This document shows positions 50,672 through 64,000 of a DNA stretch of 64,000 nucleotides, one piece after another. The translations under genes were made by a program, and so were the position numbers. Where the stretch lies: NCBI GenBank assembly GCA_964016885.1, contig OZ024740.1, positions 366,730,001 to 366,794,000 on the forward strand. Direction: 5' to 3'. Numbering within the stretch: position 1 is the first letter of the stretch; each line of letters begins with the position of its first letter. The notes under the pieces were generated by a model. The model saw nothing but the letters and a program-made list of their open reading frames with translations. It was not told where the DNA came from and made no database searches. Source of the stretch: Eledone cirrhosa. Taxonomy: Eukaryota.

Positions 50672-52620
50672 ACTGGTGATGGTGGTGGTGGTACTGGTGA
50701 TGGTGGTGGTGGTACTGGTGATGGTGGTGGTGGTACTGGTGATGGTGGTGGTGGTACTGGTGATGGTGGTGGTGGTACTGGTGATGGTGGTGGTGGTACT
50801 GGTGATGGTGGTGGTGGTACTGGTGATGGTCGTGGTGGTACTGGTGATGGTGGTGGTGGTACTGGTGATGATGGTGGTGGTACTGGTGATGGTGGTGGAG
50901 GTGGTGATGGTACTTGTGTTGGTGGTAGTGGAGGTGGTGGTACTGGTGGTGGCTGGTGAGGATGGTGCTGGTGATGGTGGGGTAAGATGGGTATTATGGC
51001 GGTAGTGCTAGTTGTGGTAGTAGTAGTGGTAGTAGTGGTTGTGGTAGTAGTGGTGGTGCTGGTTGTGCTGGTGATGGTGGGGTAAGATGGGTATTATGGT
51101 GGTAGTGCTAGTGGTAGTAGTAGTAGTGGTAGTAGTGGTTGTGGTAGTAGTGGTGGTGCTGGTGGGGTAAGATGGGTATTATGGTGGTAGTGCTAGTGGT
51201 AGTAGTAGTAGTGGTAGTAGTGGTTGTAGTAGTAGTGGTGGTGCTGGTTGTGCTGGTGATGGTGGGGTAAGATGGGTATTATGGTGGTAGTGCTAGTGGT
51301 AGTAGTAGTAGTGGTAGTAGTGGTGGTAGTAGTGGTGGTGCTGGTTGTGCTGGTGATGGTGGGGTAAGATGGGTATTATGGTGGTAGTGCTAGTGGTAGT
51401 AGTAGTAGTGGTAGTAGTGGTTGTGGTAGTAGTGGTGGTGCTGGTTGTGCTGGTGATGGTGGGGTAAGATGGGTATTATGGTGGTAGTGCTAGTGGTAGT
51501 AGTAGTAGTGGTAGTAGTGGTGGTAGTAGTGGTGGTGCTGGTTGTGCTGGTGATGGTGGGGTAAGATGGATATTATGGTGGTAGTGCTAGTGGTAGTAGT
51601 AGTAGTGGTAGTAGTGGTGGTAGTAGTGGTGGTGCTGGTTGTGCTGGTGATGGTGGGGTAAGATGGGTATTATGGTGGTAGTGCTAGTGGTGGTAGTAGT
51701 AGTGGTAGTAGTGATAACGGTAGAAGTGGTAGTGTTAATCGTGGTGGTAGTAGTAGTAGTAGTCGTAGTGGTGGTGCTGCTGGTGATGGTGGTAGTGTTT
51801 ACTGAGTTGGTAAGATGGATATTATGGTGGTAGTGGTGGTAGTAGTTATAGTATTAGTTGTGACAGTGGTAGTGTTAGTAGTGGTAGTAGTAGTAGTGGT
51901 GGTGGTGGTTGAAGTGGTAGTGATGGTGGGGATGCTGGTGGTGGTGGTGGCGGTTGGGGTGCTGTTTACTGATGGGGTAAGATGGATATTATGGTGGTAG
52001 TGCTAGTGGTAGTAGTTGTAGCGGTAGTGGTGGTAGTATTAGTTGTGGCAGTGGTAGTAGTAGTAGTGTTAGTAGTGGTAGAGTTAGTAGTGGTGGTGGT
52101 GGTGGTGTGGTGGAGGTGGAGGTGCTGTTTACTGATGCAGTAAGATGGATATTATGGCGGTTGTGCTAGTGGTAGTACTGGTAGTGGTAGTAGTGGTAGT
52201 ATTAGTTGTGGCAGTGGTAGTAATAGTAGTGGTAGTAGTGGTTGTAGTAGTAGTGGTGGTGGTGGTGGTGCTGGTGATGGTGGAGTGAGATGGATATTAT
52301 GGTGGTAGTGGTAGTGGTAGTAGTGGCAGTATTAGTTGTGGCGGTGGTAGTGTAAGTGCTGGTGATTATGGTGGTGCTGGTGATGTTGATAGTGTGATGG
52401 GCTATAATGGATATAATGGTGATAGAGATCGGTAGTGGTGATACCACTGATAGTAGTAGTAGTAGTTGTAGTAGTAGTAGTAGTAGTAGTAGTAAGAGCA
52501 GCAACAGTACTAGTAGTAGAGTAGTAGTAGTAGTAGTTGTAGTAGCAGTGATTAGGATGGTGGTGATGGTTACAAATAATGGGGATGTTAATAGTGGTAG
52601 TTGTGGTGGATTTATGGTTC
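50045..52620 (+). repeat. G-rich (GGT/AGT) satellite with higher-order units
   Basis: Recurrent gaggttg(c/g)tagtagctatgat (50067-50615), a 21-bp ggtactggtgatggtggtggt run (about 50670-50890) and a roughly 97-100-bp unit with ggtaagatgggtattatgg (about 50980-51700). Confidence 0.93.
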
Positions 52621-52649
52621 GAAGCACAGTCATGGTCGTACAGACCTAT

Positions 52650-52956
52650 AATTGTTTTTACTTTTGGCACAAGGCCAGCAATTACCCCAGCGCATTACTG
52701 GTACTTTATTTTATCGACCCCGTAAGGATGAAAGGCAAAGTTAACCTCATACAGACCTATACTGTTAGACCAATAGTTTTTGCCTGGGTGAGCTGAAAAT
52801 CGATTTTATCGACCCCAGTGCTTAACTGGTACTTTATTTCATCGACGCTTGAAGGATGAAAGGGAAAGTTGACTTCGGGGCGATTTGAACCCAGAACGTA
52901 ATTGAGCGCCACAAAGCATTTTGTTCAACGCTCTAACGATTCTGACAATCCGCCGC
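52650..52956 (-). mobile_element. Two SINE family A fragments
   Basis: 52650-52748 (with flanking repeat acagacctata) and 52800-52956. Confidence 0.8.
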
Positions 52957-53359
52957 TGTGAACCCTGTAAGTAAGATTACATTTGCTTATGTATCATCTC
53001 CTTACGTAAGACGATAGGGTATCATTTAACTCCTATTTCTAGCAGGTCGACAGACTGCTTTGAGGCTGTCGATACGTGTAGAAGTGGCTGTAGTAGTGGT
53101 GCTGGAGGCTGGAGATGATAATAAAAGTGTTGGTAGTGGTGGTGAAGATGGTGGTGGTAGGGATGTTGTTAGTGGTAGTGGTAGGTGTGATGGTGGGTGC
53201 GGTGCTGGTGGTGATGATATACATAATAATGATGATAACGTGTAGATAAATGTATTAACGATGCTGTGAATGGAATTGGAAGCTGAAATACGCGTCCGGC
53301 TTCTCTGACTGAGGATTAACATATAGAATGCACACACACATACACACACACACACACAC

Positions 53360-53468
<109 letters not shown>

Positions 53469-54027
53469 TGCACGCTCACACATATGCACACACACACATA
53501 CACATTCACATATACATACATGCATACACACACATATATATATATATATATACGCGCATACACACATACGCACTCACGTGTTCACCAACGTATTCTGACG
53601 TACTCACATGTATACGAAACCATCAAAATGCACACGCATAGAGACATTCACACACCCACCTACGTCTATGGAGCACACATGCTTGCATACGCATACATAT
53701 GCACATTCAGTTCCATTCTTACACACATGCTCAAACACATTCAAATAGATACACGTACACATCATATAGACACGCCCATGTTCACAGATCCCTACACATC
53801 TAAACTTATACACCTTCACTGAAATACGTACACTTCAGCACCTCAATGTACACGCCCATATACACCAACATACATACCTCCAAATAAACAAAGATACACT
53901 CATCCCCACTCACTCATCCACATGCACCCCTCCTCTCTTTCGCTCTCACTGACACTCTCAGACTTAAACGCTCTCATTCACACACCTACACATACTCACA
54001 CCCACAGTTATATAAATGAATATATGC

Positions 54028-54190
<163 letters not shown>

Positions 54191-54944
54191 AACCATCGAA
54201 CACATAAAACTATAGGATCTTATTTTACACAGTCTTCCAGACATACATCAACCCATTCGCATGAATAAACACTTACACACACATACTGGCATACACCCCA
54301 TTCCTATTGCAACATACACACCGACATTAATCACTTTCATAGTCATACTACAAAACCTGAAAAGACGAATATAAAGGAATAAACAGAAGTAAAAATAAAA
54401 TAGTTTATATTCCGCAAGTTTAGTAGAAAATATCGTTACATGAATGAAAAAAAAATGCAAAATGGACGCTTTATATCGTTTTTATAAAAGTGAAAGATCG
54501 TCTTTCTATACAGATAAATATCGGAAAAAATAAAGAAGTCGATATTCCAGATGTAACCAAGGAAGCTATGTTTTCATTGGTGATATTATCTGTTGGTGGC
54601 AAATCCCGATGGAGATATCACTGCTTTTCTGGTGACAGGAGGCAGGATTTGTACACATAATGATGGAAGACATATAGATATAATACAATGTTTTAGCGAG
54701 GACTCAAATACTGTTTAATATTATATTAATATAAAGTCAATATGATATTTGCTATTAATAGTGACTACTTCGATCGAAGCTTCACCGAAAATGCAAGCTA
54801 TACAAAATATACTAGTGAGATGAATCTTTCATTATATATACCAGTAATAAAGTTTAGGTAAGAGATGGTCATTTGATGCAGTAAACAACTATACAGTAGG
54901 CAAAGAACGTTAAGTTGTAGGTAAGGCTAAATACTGAGAATAAT

Positions 54945-55130
54945 AATTGTTTCTACTTTTGGTACAAAGCCAGAAATTACTCCAGTGTATTACTGGTACT
55001 TTATTTTATCGACCCCGTAAGGATGAAAGGCAAAGTTAATCTCGATGGGATTTGAACTCAGAATGGAAAGGGCTGTAACTCTATGCGTCAAAGGATGGCA
55101 CCCGACCCTCTGCCGATACTGCCAATCCAC
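54945..55130 (-). mobile_element. SINE family A with TSD
   Basis: aatactgagaataataat at 54930 and 55138. Confidence 0.88.
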
Positions 55131-56127
55131 AGTCCTTAATACTGAGAATAATAATGAGAAGAAATAGGGGCAGGAGGTATTTACCACATGCTAAATTAGT
55201 CGTGTAGTAAATAAATGTCCTATTGTATTAACTATTGAAGTTAAGGATCATTAGAAAAAAATAAAACAAAAACAACTATTACTACATTTATATAATTCTT
55301 ATTTTGTTTTCAAATTGTACGTACATACAAATACATATATACATATATACAGAAAATCAGGTATAATTAAGACCATAACCATTTACTGTATTTCGTTAAA
55401 ATATGTTGGGTTTTTACTCGTTTGAGCAACTATTAGTAAAAACTGTTACACACAGGGACTGCTTGAAGAGATGAGTTCTGCATTTCTATGTAATAGTGAG
55501 CAAATATTATCTCATACTTTTTTAATGTATATTATCGATCTGGTTTCCTATGTTTGTATGGCTTAACACTTAACAATATCTTCCATGAGATGTTAAATAG
55601 TTAGTTTGAGATTTTAAGTTGCTACATGTATGTCGATAGAGAAGTACGATTTTTATTGTATTTAAATGAAAAATTATGTTAGTTATATCTTACCTTAAAG
55701 GTGTTTGCTGTTAAATCTATATACGATCGAGAACACGGATCAGTATTCACTGTAGCCTTCTATACCAGTTCTTTCGTTAGGTATTACATTTGGAGAGGCT
55801 ATATACGGCTATCATTGCAATTGTAATTTCATGGGAGCTTCGCATTAATCGGATGATTGTTACCTGCTCTGATAATTTGGCTGCATTTAAAGATCTTTAA
55901 CCGTGTTAATATTAAACCATTTTTAGTATTTGTGGTATTTAAGAAAGTATTTATCTAGGGACATAAAACAAGTTTTTACTATTGAAGTTGAAACATGATG
56001 ATTTGAAAGATACGTTATGCTAAATAGCTGATCTCTTTCGGTTTCATTTTTTTGTCTGAAGTAATAGTTGTATTATGTATATATTGAATTTTCTCATTCG
56101 AATCTCTCTCCAATAGTGCTTCATTAT

Positions 56128-56511
56128 AATTGTTTCTACGTTAGGCACAAGGCCAGCAATTACCCAGTGCATTACTGGTACTTTATTTTATCGACCCCGT
56201 AAGGATGAAAGGCAAAGTTAACCTCGGCGGGATTTGAACTCAGATCGTAAAGGGACGTAACTATGCTGGAAAGCATGGCGTCCGACCCTCTACCGATACT
56301 GCCAATCCACCGTGCTTCATTATAATTGTTTCTATTTTAGGCACAAGGCCAGCAATTACCCAGTGCATTACTGGTACTTTATTTTATCGACCCCGTAAGG
56401 ATGAAAGGCAAAGTCAACCTCGGCGGGATTTGAACTCAGATCGTAAAGGGACGTAACTATGCTGGAAAGCATGGCGTCCGACTCTCTACCGATACTGCCA
56501 ATCCACCGCCC
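56128..56511 (-). mobile_element. Tandem dimer of young SINE family A
   Basis: Two near-identical copies, with cttcattataat before, between and after them. Confidence 0.92.
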
Positions 56512-57038
56512 TCTTCATTATAATGGTGGGCAGAATCACTTAAAAACTTTTTTTCTTTTAAAGATAATGAAGTTATTCTTTAAGAGATATTTCAAACTAG
56601 TTTTAACGATAATTCTAGGGTGGTTAAACTGATTGTTTATGTAGACAAGCTTCTCGTTAGGTTTATTATATGGTCTAAATGTATTATTCGATAAATCTAG
56701 CGTCACGTCTAGAAAGTTTATCTTTTTTTTTTACTGATAATAAATTCTAATTGTTTGAAGAATCACTTGAAATTTTTCCAGAATCTGTCATTCCGAAAAA
56801 AAAAAAAAAAAAATTGTAAAACGTAGCATTACTTGTTTTCACCGGTGACTTTTTAACCTCAATTGTTAAATTAGCAAGTTGTAAACACCACGTGCACCTA
56901 TTTCATCCTTTTTGTTTGATTACTAGACTTCTCAATTCTTCCTATTCTCAATTCTATTGGTGTTTACTACATCATTCACTACAATTTACTTAAACTTAGT
57001 TACTGCATATATATGGCAAGACATTATCTCATCAATAA

Positions 57039-57224
57039 GGGCGGTGAATTGGCAGTATTGGTAGAGAGTCAGACATGCTTTCCAGCGTAATTAAGTCCCT
57101 TTACGATCTGAGTTCAAATCCCGCCGAGGTTAACTTTGCCTTTAATCCTTACAGGGTCGATAAAATAAAGTACCAGTAATACACTGGGTAATTGCTGGCC
57201 TTGTGCCAAGAGTAGAAACAATTA
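57039..57224 (+). mobile_element. SINE family A with TSD
   Basis: attatctcatcaata at 57023 and 57221. Confidence 0.9.
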
Positions 57225-57779
57225 TCTCATCAATACTGTTCTGATAAGCTGTTAGTTTCGGAGAAACTTCAGAATAAATAGTTAGTCTTAATAAATATAG
57301 TTTAGATTCAATAAACAATATATGTTCATTCAGCGAACAACTATGAAACCAAAACCAAATATTGACACACAGATACATCATACGTGTTACCAATTATGAT
57401 AACTACCATGCTTCAACCGTTGAGAAATATTCGTACATGCTTTCCTACCACCCTAATGATATTTATCTACTGTTAAAGACATTACCAATGTGCCACTAGG
57501 ATGAGCATTCTGATTCTGAAGATGGGATCATGATAGCTGCGAAATGTTAATAGATGTATGGATATACGTACATGTTGATTGCTACTTCTTGCCAGAAGAG
57601 TGCCATCCCTTCATTGAACATTGAACGATCATGTGCAAGCTGGGGAATTTTCTGACCAGCTTTTGTTTTGCAAACATATTCATAGATGTGAAACGCGAAC
57701 TGTCTGTTTCCTGGCATTACCGGCTGGGATGTGTCTTCATGCATTCTGCCTTGTCTGGTCAATCCACCAGCTGACATAA

Positions 57780-59530
57780 AAATTAAGCCAGACTCATTGC
57801 AAATGTACCGTGGCTCGATTTCTCCCTGGTTTGTGTGCATTTAGATTGTTGGCAAATCCAACTTTTGAGAAAAGAAATCGTCTACATACATTGCACCTCA
57901 ATTTCTCCAGGATTTTTGCAGGCACTGCACTTGGTTCCCGCTTACGGAGTGAACGCCTCAAAGCAGCATGCTCCACTCGCCTTTTTTTAAAGACATCACA
58001 TCCATTATTAATGATCTTTCTCTATGATCTTAATGATCTTTCTCCAATGCCTCCCAATTCTCCATATCAATCTTCAGACCTTTAAGATTGTCTTTTATGA
58101 CATCACCTAAAACGCTCTTTTGGTTTATGCCGTGGCCCTTTTCCTCTGGTCAGTGCTCTATAAAACATTCTCCTTTTGCGGCAATTCATTAATAATTTCT
58201 TCATTAACTACAGATGGGTTATTAAACAGTTGTTTAAAGTATTCAGTCTACTAACTCATGATTCCTGCTGGATCTTTGATGAGGACGTTCCCATTTTTTT
58301 ACTTCAATCATGCCACATTTGAGGCAGCGGGCCGAAAACATGCCTTATTGTTCTGCATAATGCCTTCAAGTCTCTGCAATTATAATCTCTCTACATCTCT
58401 GCTGAAACTTCAGACCAACAATTATTCTTCATCTTTCGAGTTTTACATTGCAATTTTGACTTTGTTCCTTTGAAGGCCTTCTCAAAAGTGGTTCTCGCTG
58501 GATCCTCTGCAACAAAGCACTTCTCAAACAGTCTATTCTTCTCTTCAATGAGCATGGCCATTGCAGAATCAGTATCATTAAACCAGTCTCGGTGTCTTCT
58601 TAAGACCGAGTACATAAACCCTAGCACTAAGCATATGTTTTAAACTATTCCCAAGTTCCATAAAAACAACGTTATCGAGAGCATTATGAAGAGCACCTAG
58701 AATTTCTAAACTTTGCATTTTGAACACATCTATACGTTTTAGCACTTGCGTCTCTGCTGCTGTCACTTTCCTCTGATCTGAACCTGAACTCTCATCTTGT
58801 CACGAACAAGTTTGTGGTCTGTACCACATTCTGCATTACTCTTACATAGCAGATATCCTGGAGGTCTCTCTTCCTGAAATAATATAATCCAAGATGTGTC
58901 CATTTTTGGATCTCAGGTGTATCCATGTTGCCTTGTGGATCTCCTTTAGCTGAAAAAGGTATTTCACATGACCAGCTCAAACCTAGTACATAGTTGCAAA
59001 AGGAGAAGACCATTGGAATTCATCTTGCCAATGCCGTGATGTCCTAAACACTCCAGATACGGTTCTCCTTTCCAAAAGGTGCACTGAAATCTCCAAGAAG
59101 CAAGATCTTGTGCGAATGTGGAATTGATGTTATACACCCTCATAAATCTTTGTAAAAAGCCATAATTGATTCCTGGATACTATCTAGGGTAGGGACATAC
59201 ACTGAAATGACAGTCATGAAACATCCCCTTGAAAAAGAACTAGCAGATGCATAATTCGATCACCAAAGCTTTGTGGCTGCTCCAGCCGCTTTGTGACCAC
59301 TCTCCGGACCACGAAACCTACTCCTCCATTCCTTTTCTTGCCATTTGGTTTCCTTTCCAGAAGAACGTATTGCCAGTACCCCTGATAGATGACCTTCCCC
59401 ACTAAAACGGGTCTGGATATGTGGAAGTGTTCTAACATTCTATGTAGAAACATTCGATGTAATTCTATCCTTTTAAAAAGCTTTCTGAAAATTACTATTT
59501 TTTTTTTCCTGTCGAGATGAACAGCCACCA
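57780..59530 (-). mobile_element. Decayed RTE/BovB-like LINE (APE and C-terminus present, RT largely deleted)
   Basis: RNGGVGFVVR..DRIMHL (APE), RRHRDWFNDTD..LIEEKNR, and a C-terminal CNVCRRFLFSKVGF..H. Confidence 0.75.
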
Positions 59531-60279
59531 GTCGCAGTTAGCTGGCCAGCTTGAATGTGGGACAAACAATGTTTGGGTCACCTTTTCTAGACCACTTCCA
59601 ATGTTTGTGTGAGCAGTGTTTTCTCTTGAAAGGGATGCTTAGTTACAAAAGACTTCGCTCAAGCCAGTTCCTACCCCGAAAACTGGCAACGAAGTTAGAT
59701 AAGCTTTAAGCCACCAGCGTGTAGATTAGCAACTGTATAGCTCCAGCTTGTTAGACCTATATACGTCACTGCTTCCCCCATCGCTTCGGACCTTTGAAAA
59801 GATATCTGCACAAGGAGATCAAGCCAGCATGTACTGGTGCTACACATATGCTGCTTTCTAAGTATCAACAGCCAGAATCCAATGACAAGCAGGTGTAAGA
59901 AGATTGGTAGGTGTATCAATCACGGGTTTTTCCAGATAAATAAATAAGATAAAAAGAAAAAAAAAATTGAAAGTTTAAAAGCTCCTCCTCCCCCTGCCAG
60001 GTTTTGATTGTCAATCAATAGGGTGTCCACAATCACCCTCCTTGCCAAGGAAGCTTCGTGGGTTTGCTGGTTTAGTCACAGACGACCCGATCATGCGACA
60101 TGTTGTATTAGGTTACATGTTACCAGTAGCACTTGGGAGCGACCTGACACATACATACATACATACATACATACATACATACATACATACATACATACAT
60201 ACATACATACATACATACATACATACATACATACATCATACATACATCATACATACACACATACATACATAGCATGAAA

Positions 60280-60630
60280 GAGTATTGGTTGAATATTCCA
60301 GTCAAAATCCCAACACAGTGCAAACATGATAGACCAGATATAGTGATATGGGACAGAGAAAAGAAGGCATGCACTGAAGTGGAAATCAGCTACCCAGTAG
60401 ATGTTAATATTAGTTAAGACTAAAACATTTATGCTGAACTAATGAGGAATCTGCAGATTCTGATTATACCTTATCCATGATCATTGGGGCTCTTTATTAT
60501 GTTTTTAGCTGCCTCAGTACAAATCTTGAGAAGCTGGGGGTTCATAGAACCAGAAAAAGCACGCCTAGTTAGGTAGTTGCTAGTACAACCCATTAATGGA
60601 ACTGTAAAAATATGTAAAACATTTCAGAAC
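60280..60630 (+). mobile_element. Decayed RLE (R4/Dong-like) 3' fragment
   Basis: CKHDRPDIVIWDREKKACTEVEISYPVD..IIGAL. Confidence 0.65.
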
Positions 60631-61096
60631 AACAACATGTAATAACTGCATCTACACACATATAGATACAGAAATATACGCACGTGTACACATATAACTC
60701 AAAACATGTAATAATATCCATACTTGCACACATACACAAAAACTGATGCATACATACGTATGTCTAAATTCCAATGAAAGAGTCTTGCATCTATGTTAGA
60801 AACCGGGTCTCTATTAGTGAAAATGGAGACCAGAATAACATGCATATATATATATATGTATATATATTTGTTTTGCAAGGTTTTAGATATGAAATCGTGT
60901 GTCGAAACAAATTTTGTTATACTTGAGGATGGTCATATTGTGGTAATATTGCCAGAAATAATAACAGAACACATTCACTGCTTGGTTGGTTTTCGCTTCT
61001 GTATCTTTTATATGTCCATAGTTAATTTATTTGGCAATCAATGTTTATCATTGATTGACCAGCGGTTAAAAATACAGATATAAATATATATATATA

Positions 61097-61149
61097 TAGT
61101 CTATCAAAGTTCTTTCGTCACACATCTGTGACATCATCAGTGGTACTAT
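61097..61149 (-). ncRNA. Minimal HHR motif
   Basis: CTGATGA-t-gtcaca(gatg)tgtgac-GAAA-gaac-TT. Confidence 0.78.
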
Positions 61150-61645
61150 TATGTTCCCTCCTATTGTATTGTAATGTCTACGCCATTTTTATTTAATCAA
61201 TTAATCAATTAATTTATTTCTTCTTGTCTTTGCCTCTGCGCATGCGTTTGCGTGTGTGTATAATGTTTGGTGTGTGTGTTCGTGTTTGAGTGTATGTGTT
61301 TTTGTTTTTGTATTCTATCCTTGTTTACTAGTGTGTGTTTATGTGTTTGTTGTTATTGTACTTGTGTATATATTTATTTATTTATTTATATTTCCCTTAG
61401 TCAGTATTGTTTGTTTGGGTATGGCTGTTGTTGTTATTCCATTCAATTTTTCTGTTTAACTTTGGTCTTCTTAGTTCTATCTTAGTTGCTTCTCTGATTT
61501 GCCTAACTGTAGAGTCATTTCTATGCTTAGATATTGATATAACAACAACAAACATACCCAAACAAACAATACTGACTTAAGGGAAATATAAATAAATAAA
61601 TAAATAAAAATGGCGTAGACATTACAATACAATAGGAGGGAACAT

Positions 61646-61693
61646 AATAGTACTACTGATGATGTTGCAGGTGCGCAACGAAAGAACTTTGAT

Positions 61694-61700
<7 letters not shown>
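61646..61700 (+). ncRNA. Minimal HHR motif
   Basis: CTGATGA-t-gttgc(aggtgc)gcaac-GAAA-gaac-TT. Confidence 0.75.
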
Positions 61701-61748
<48 letters not shown>

Positions 61749-61907
61749 CTGTATTTTTAACCGCTGGTCAATCAATGATAAACATTGATTGCCAAATAAA
61801 TTAACTATGGAGTTATAAAAGATACAGAAGCGAAAACCAACCAAACAGTGAGTGTGTTCTATTATTATTTCTGGCAATATTACCACAATATGACCATCCT
61901 CAAGTAT

Positions 61908-61976
<69 letters not shown>

Positions 61977-62009
61977 ATTCGTCCCACTCCTTCTTTCATA
62001 TTCATTATC

Positions 62010-62048
<39 letters not shown>

Positions 62049-62126
62049 CGAAGGAGTTGTGGTAAGGAACCAGATGGGCAATAACGCACCAGAGTACTCA
62101 ATACTTAAGGTAGTAGAGTGGGTAAC

Positions 62127-62203
62127 AGGAAAATGTATGACCCCGACGGCAGAGCTCAAGCCGTCGAAACGGCCTGAGCTCTGCCGTCGGGGTCATACAT
62201 TTT

Positions 62204-62206
<3 letters not shown>
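62127..62206. repeat. 80-bp GC-rich hairpin ending in (TA)n, nested in an outer inverted repeat (61971-62015 / 62279-62325)
   Basis: aggaaaatgtatgaccccgacggcagagctca..ccgt(cgaa)acgg..tgagctctgccgtcggggtcatacattttcct. Confidence 0.9.
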
Positions 62207-62257
<51 letters not shown>

Positions 62258-62494
62258 TAGATAGATATTTATTAGATATATATTCAGATAATGGATATGA
62301 AAGAAAGAGTGGGACGAATTATATAACAACATTCTTTCCTGCTAGGTTGGTCTGCCCTATCTGGCTAAACATTCTCCACTCGCTGGTTATATCCATACAA
62401 TTGATACACTAGTTGGAATAGAATAGCCACAAAGTCTATGGCATGAAGCAACGCTATACTTACTTTCTCCCGCTTTCACTAACTCACACGTACA

Positions 62495-62569
<75 letters not shown>

Positions 62570-62627
62570 CCCCCCCCCCACACACACACTAGTCATTTCA
62601 GAGAACGGCAGCAGGATAGGATAATTG

Positions 62628-62669
<42 letters not shown>

Positions 62670-63054
62670 CTAGCTCTTAATCTATCATAGCGATTCATGT
62701 CGAAATCCAAACGCTAAACTCTACAAAGCAATCATCGCAAAGCAGGTGATGTATTAGTTTCAGTGAAGAAACACCAGACTTGTGGTGTAATCCGAGAAAT
62801 ATCAAGTTGTTTATTAGTTCTGATGATTGCATCGCTGTTTTTTCATTTTTTTCATTTTCACTCTTGATATAATTTCTTGTGGCAACATTGATTATTATTA
62901 TTTCTTTGGTAGATTCACGTAAGTTCTACTGCATCACCTGGTGTACTTCTGTGCCACCTTGTATTCTTATTTTTGTGGGAGTTCGGGGAGTATAATGTTC
63001 TGCATCGATCTTGTTCTGTTATGGGGTTGATTTGGGTTTTTAATTGCTACATCC

Positions 63055-63210
63055 TAGATATCGGTAGAGTGTCGGACAACATACTTTGTGGCATAGAGTT
63101 ATGGCCTTTTACGTTCTGAGTTCAAATCCCACCGAGGTTAGCTTTGCCTTTTATCCCTGACGTGGTCGATAAAATAAACCACAAGTAACGCTCTGGGGTC
63201 GATTTAATCC
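63055..63210 (+). mobile_element. SINE family A, diverged
   Basis: tcggtagagtgtcggac..ctgagttcaaatcccaccgaggtta..gtcgataaaataaa. Confidence 0.8.
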
Positions 63211-64000
63211 CTGGGTGGTTCGCCCCCTATAGAGGAATTTATTTCGTTATGTATTTGTTGTTAATTGTTTTTGTTATTGTTTTTATTATTACTTTGATAT
63301 CTCAGTCATTGCTGTTATTCAAACGGGTAGTTAGACAAGGCTCTCGCCAACATGTGTAATGTCAGCTAGGGTAAGTTATATGCAAGCATGAACCTGTTCT
63401 CTTGACAGAGGGTGAGGAGAAACGTAGAACTGGTGTACTACATAGATGTTCACATACTGGCCAGAAATGTTAGTTGTGATATTGACTCTTGACTTGTTTC
63501 TTTCTCTGTGGCACAAACTTTTGTGATAGTACATACGGGGAAGTGACTCGCAACACCATATGGCCAAGTGGGATCTGTATCGAAATCAGAATGCTATTCC
63601 GGAGCATATTCCATTGAGAGAGAGGAGAAGGGACCAATAAGACATGTGATGAACAAGAAGAAGCCCAGATGCTACAAGTGTGATAGCAAATGCCGTTTTT
63701 GAGCCTTCTTCTCAGACAAAGAGGAAGCGAAAAAGCGAAAAGAAAAAGAAATGGTCGCAGAATGCAGCAAAAAGAGCACATAGAAAAAGAACAAGCCCAG
63801 GAGGGGAAGACCACGAGAGCCGCTACCGTTGCTTCCAGTGCACTACTAGTTATATCTCCGAAAATGGAGGGAAAGAAAACGAAAATAGAGGGAAGAGTTA
63901 CTAACACCAGAGATCACGGATGACAGAAAAAAACGAGGGTTCTTCCATTTTGGCATTGAACCAGGTAGATGCGGTAATGGTGAGGTGGTAGGGATAGAAG

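Larger units (their letters stand above)
60870..61913. mobile_element. Non-coding HHR-bearing fold-back element, same family as 4252-4737
   Basis: 60914-61193 is inverted at about 61603-61913, and 61370-61435 at about 61540-61605. It is flanked by TA repeats. Confidence 0.8.

Noticed and set aside
50045-51005. Gly-rich or Val-rich protein ORFs
   Set aside because: These are translations of a GGT satellite with recurrent taatag stops and no splice or domain evidence.
62140-62175. HHR in the GC-rich hairpin (gacggc..gccgtc-GAAA)
   Set aside because: There is no CUGANGA or UUGANAA box upstream of the stem.

Overview
This is repeat-saturated, AT-rich, non-coding eukaryotic DNA. The SINE families and very dense (TA)n/(CA)n/(ATT)n tracts suggest a cephalopod such as Octopus, which is an inference. 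No host protein-coding gene could be supported, and nearly all short ORFs are microsatellite translations or antisense ORFs of retroelements. Conventional content: R4/Dong-like RT-RLE LINEs, three L1/Tx1-like LINE copies, RTE fragments, a CRE-like fragment, a mariner relic, two Penelope-like GIY-YIG fragments, many tRNA-derived SINEs and a G-rich satellite. The main signal is a group of small elements sitting in (TA)n tracts that carry minimal type-I hammerhead ribozyme (HHR) motifs, most with a self-complementary stem III, and that are folded back into palindromes of the same polarity. The largest is a near-homogeneous 310-bp tandem array (4867-8720) with one HHR per unit and an inversion at about 7121, which resembles a retrozyme or circRNA-producing satellite. 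Other copies show compensatory base changes in stem II and a U3-A8 core variant. All ribozyme calls come from reading motifs by eye; none has been folded computationally or tested for activity.
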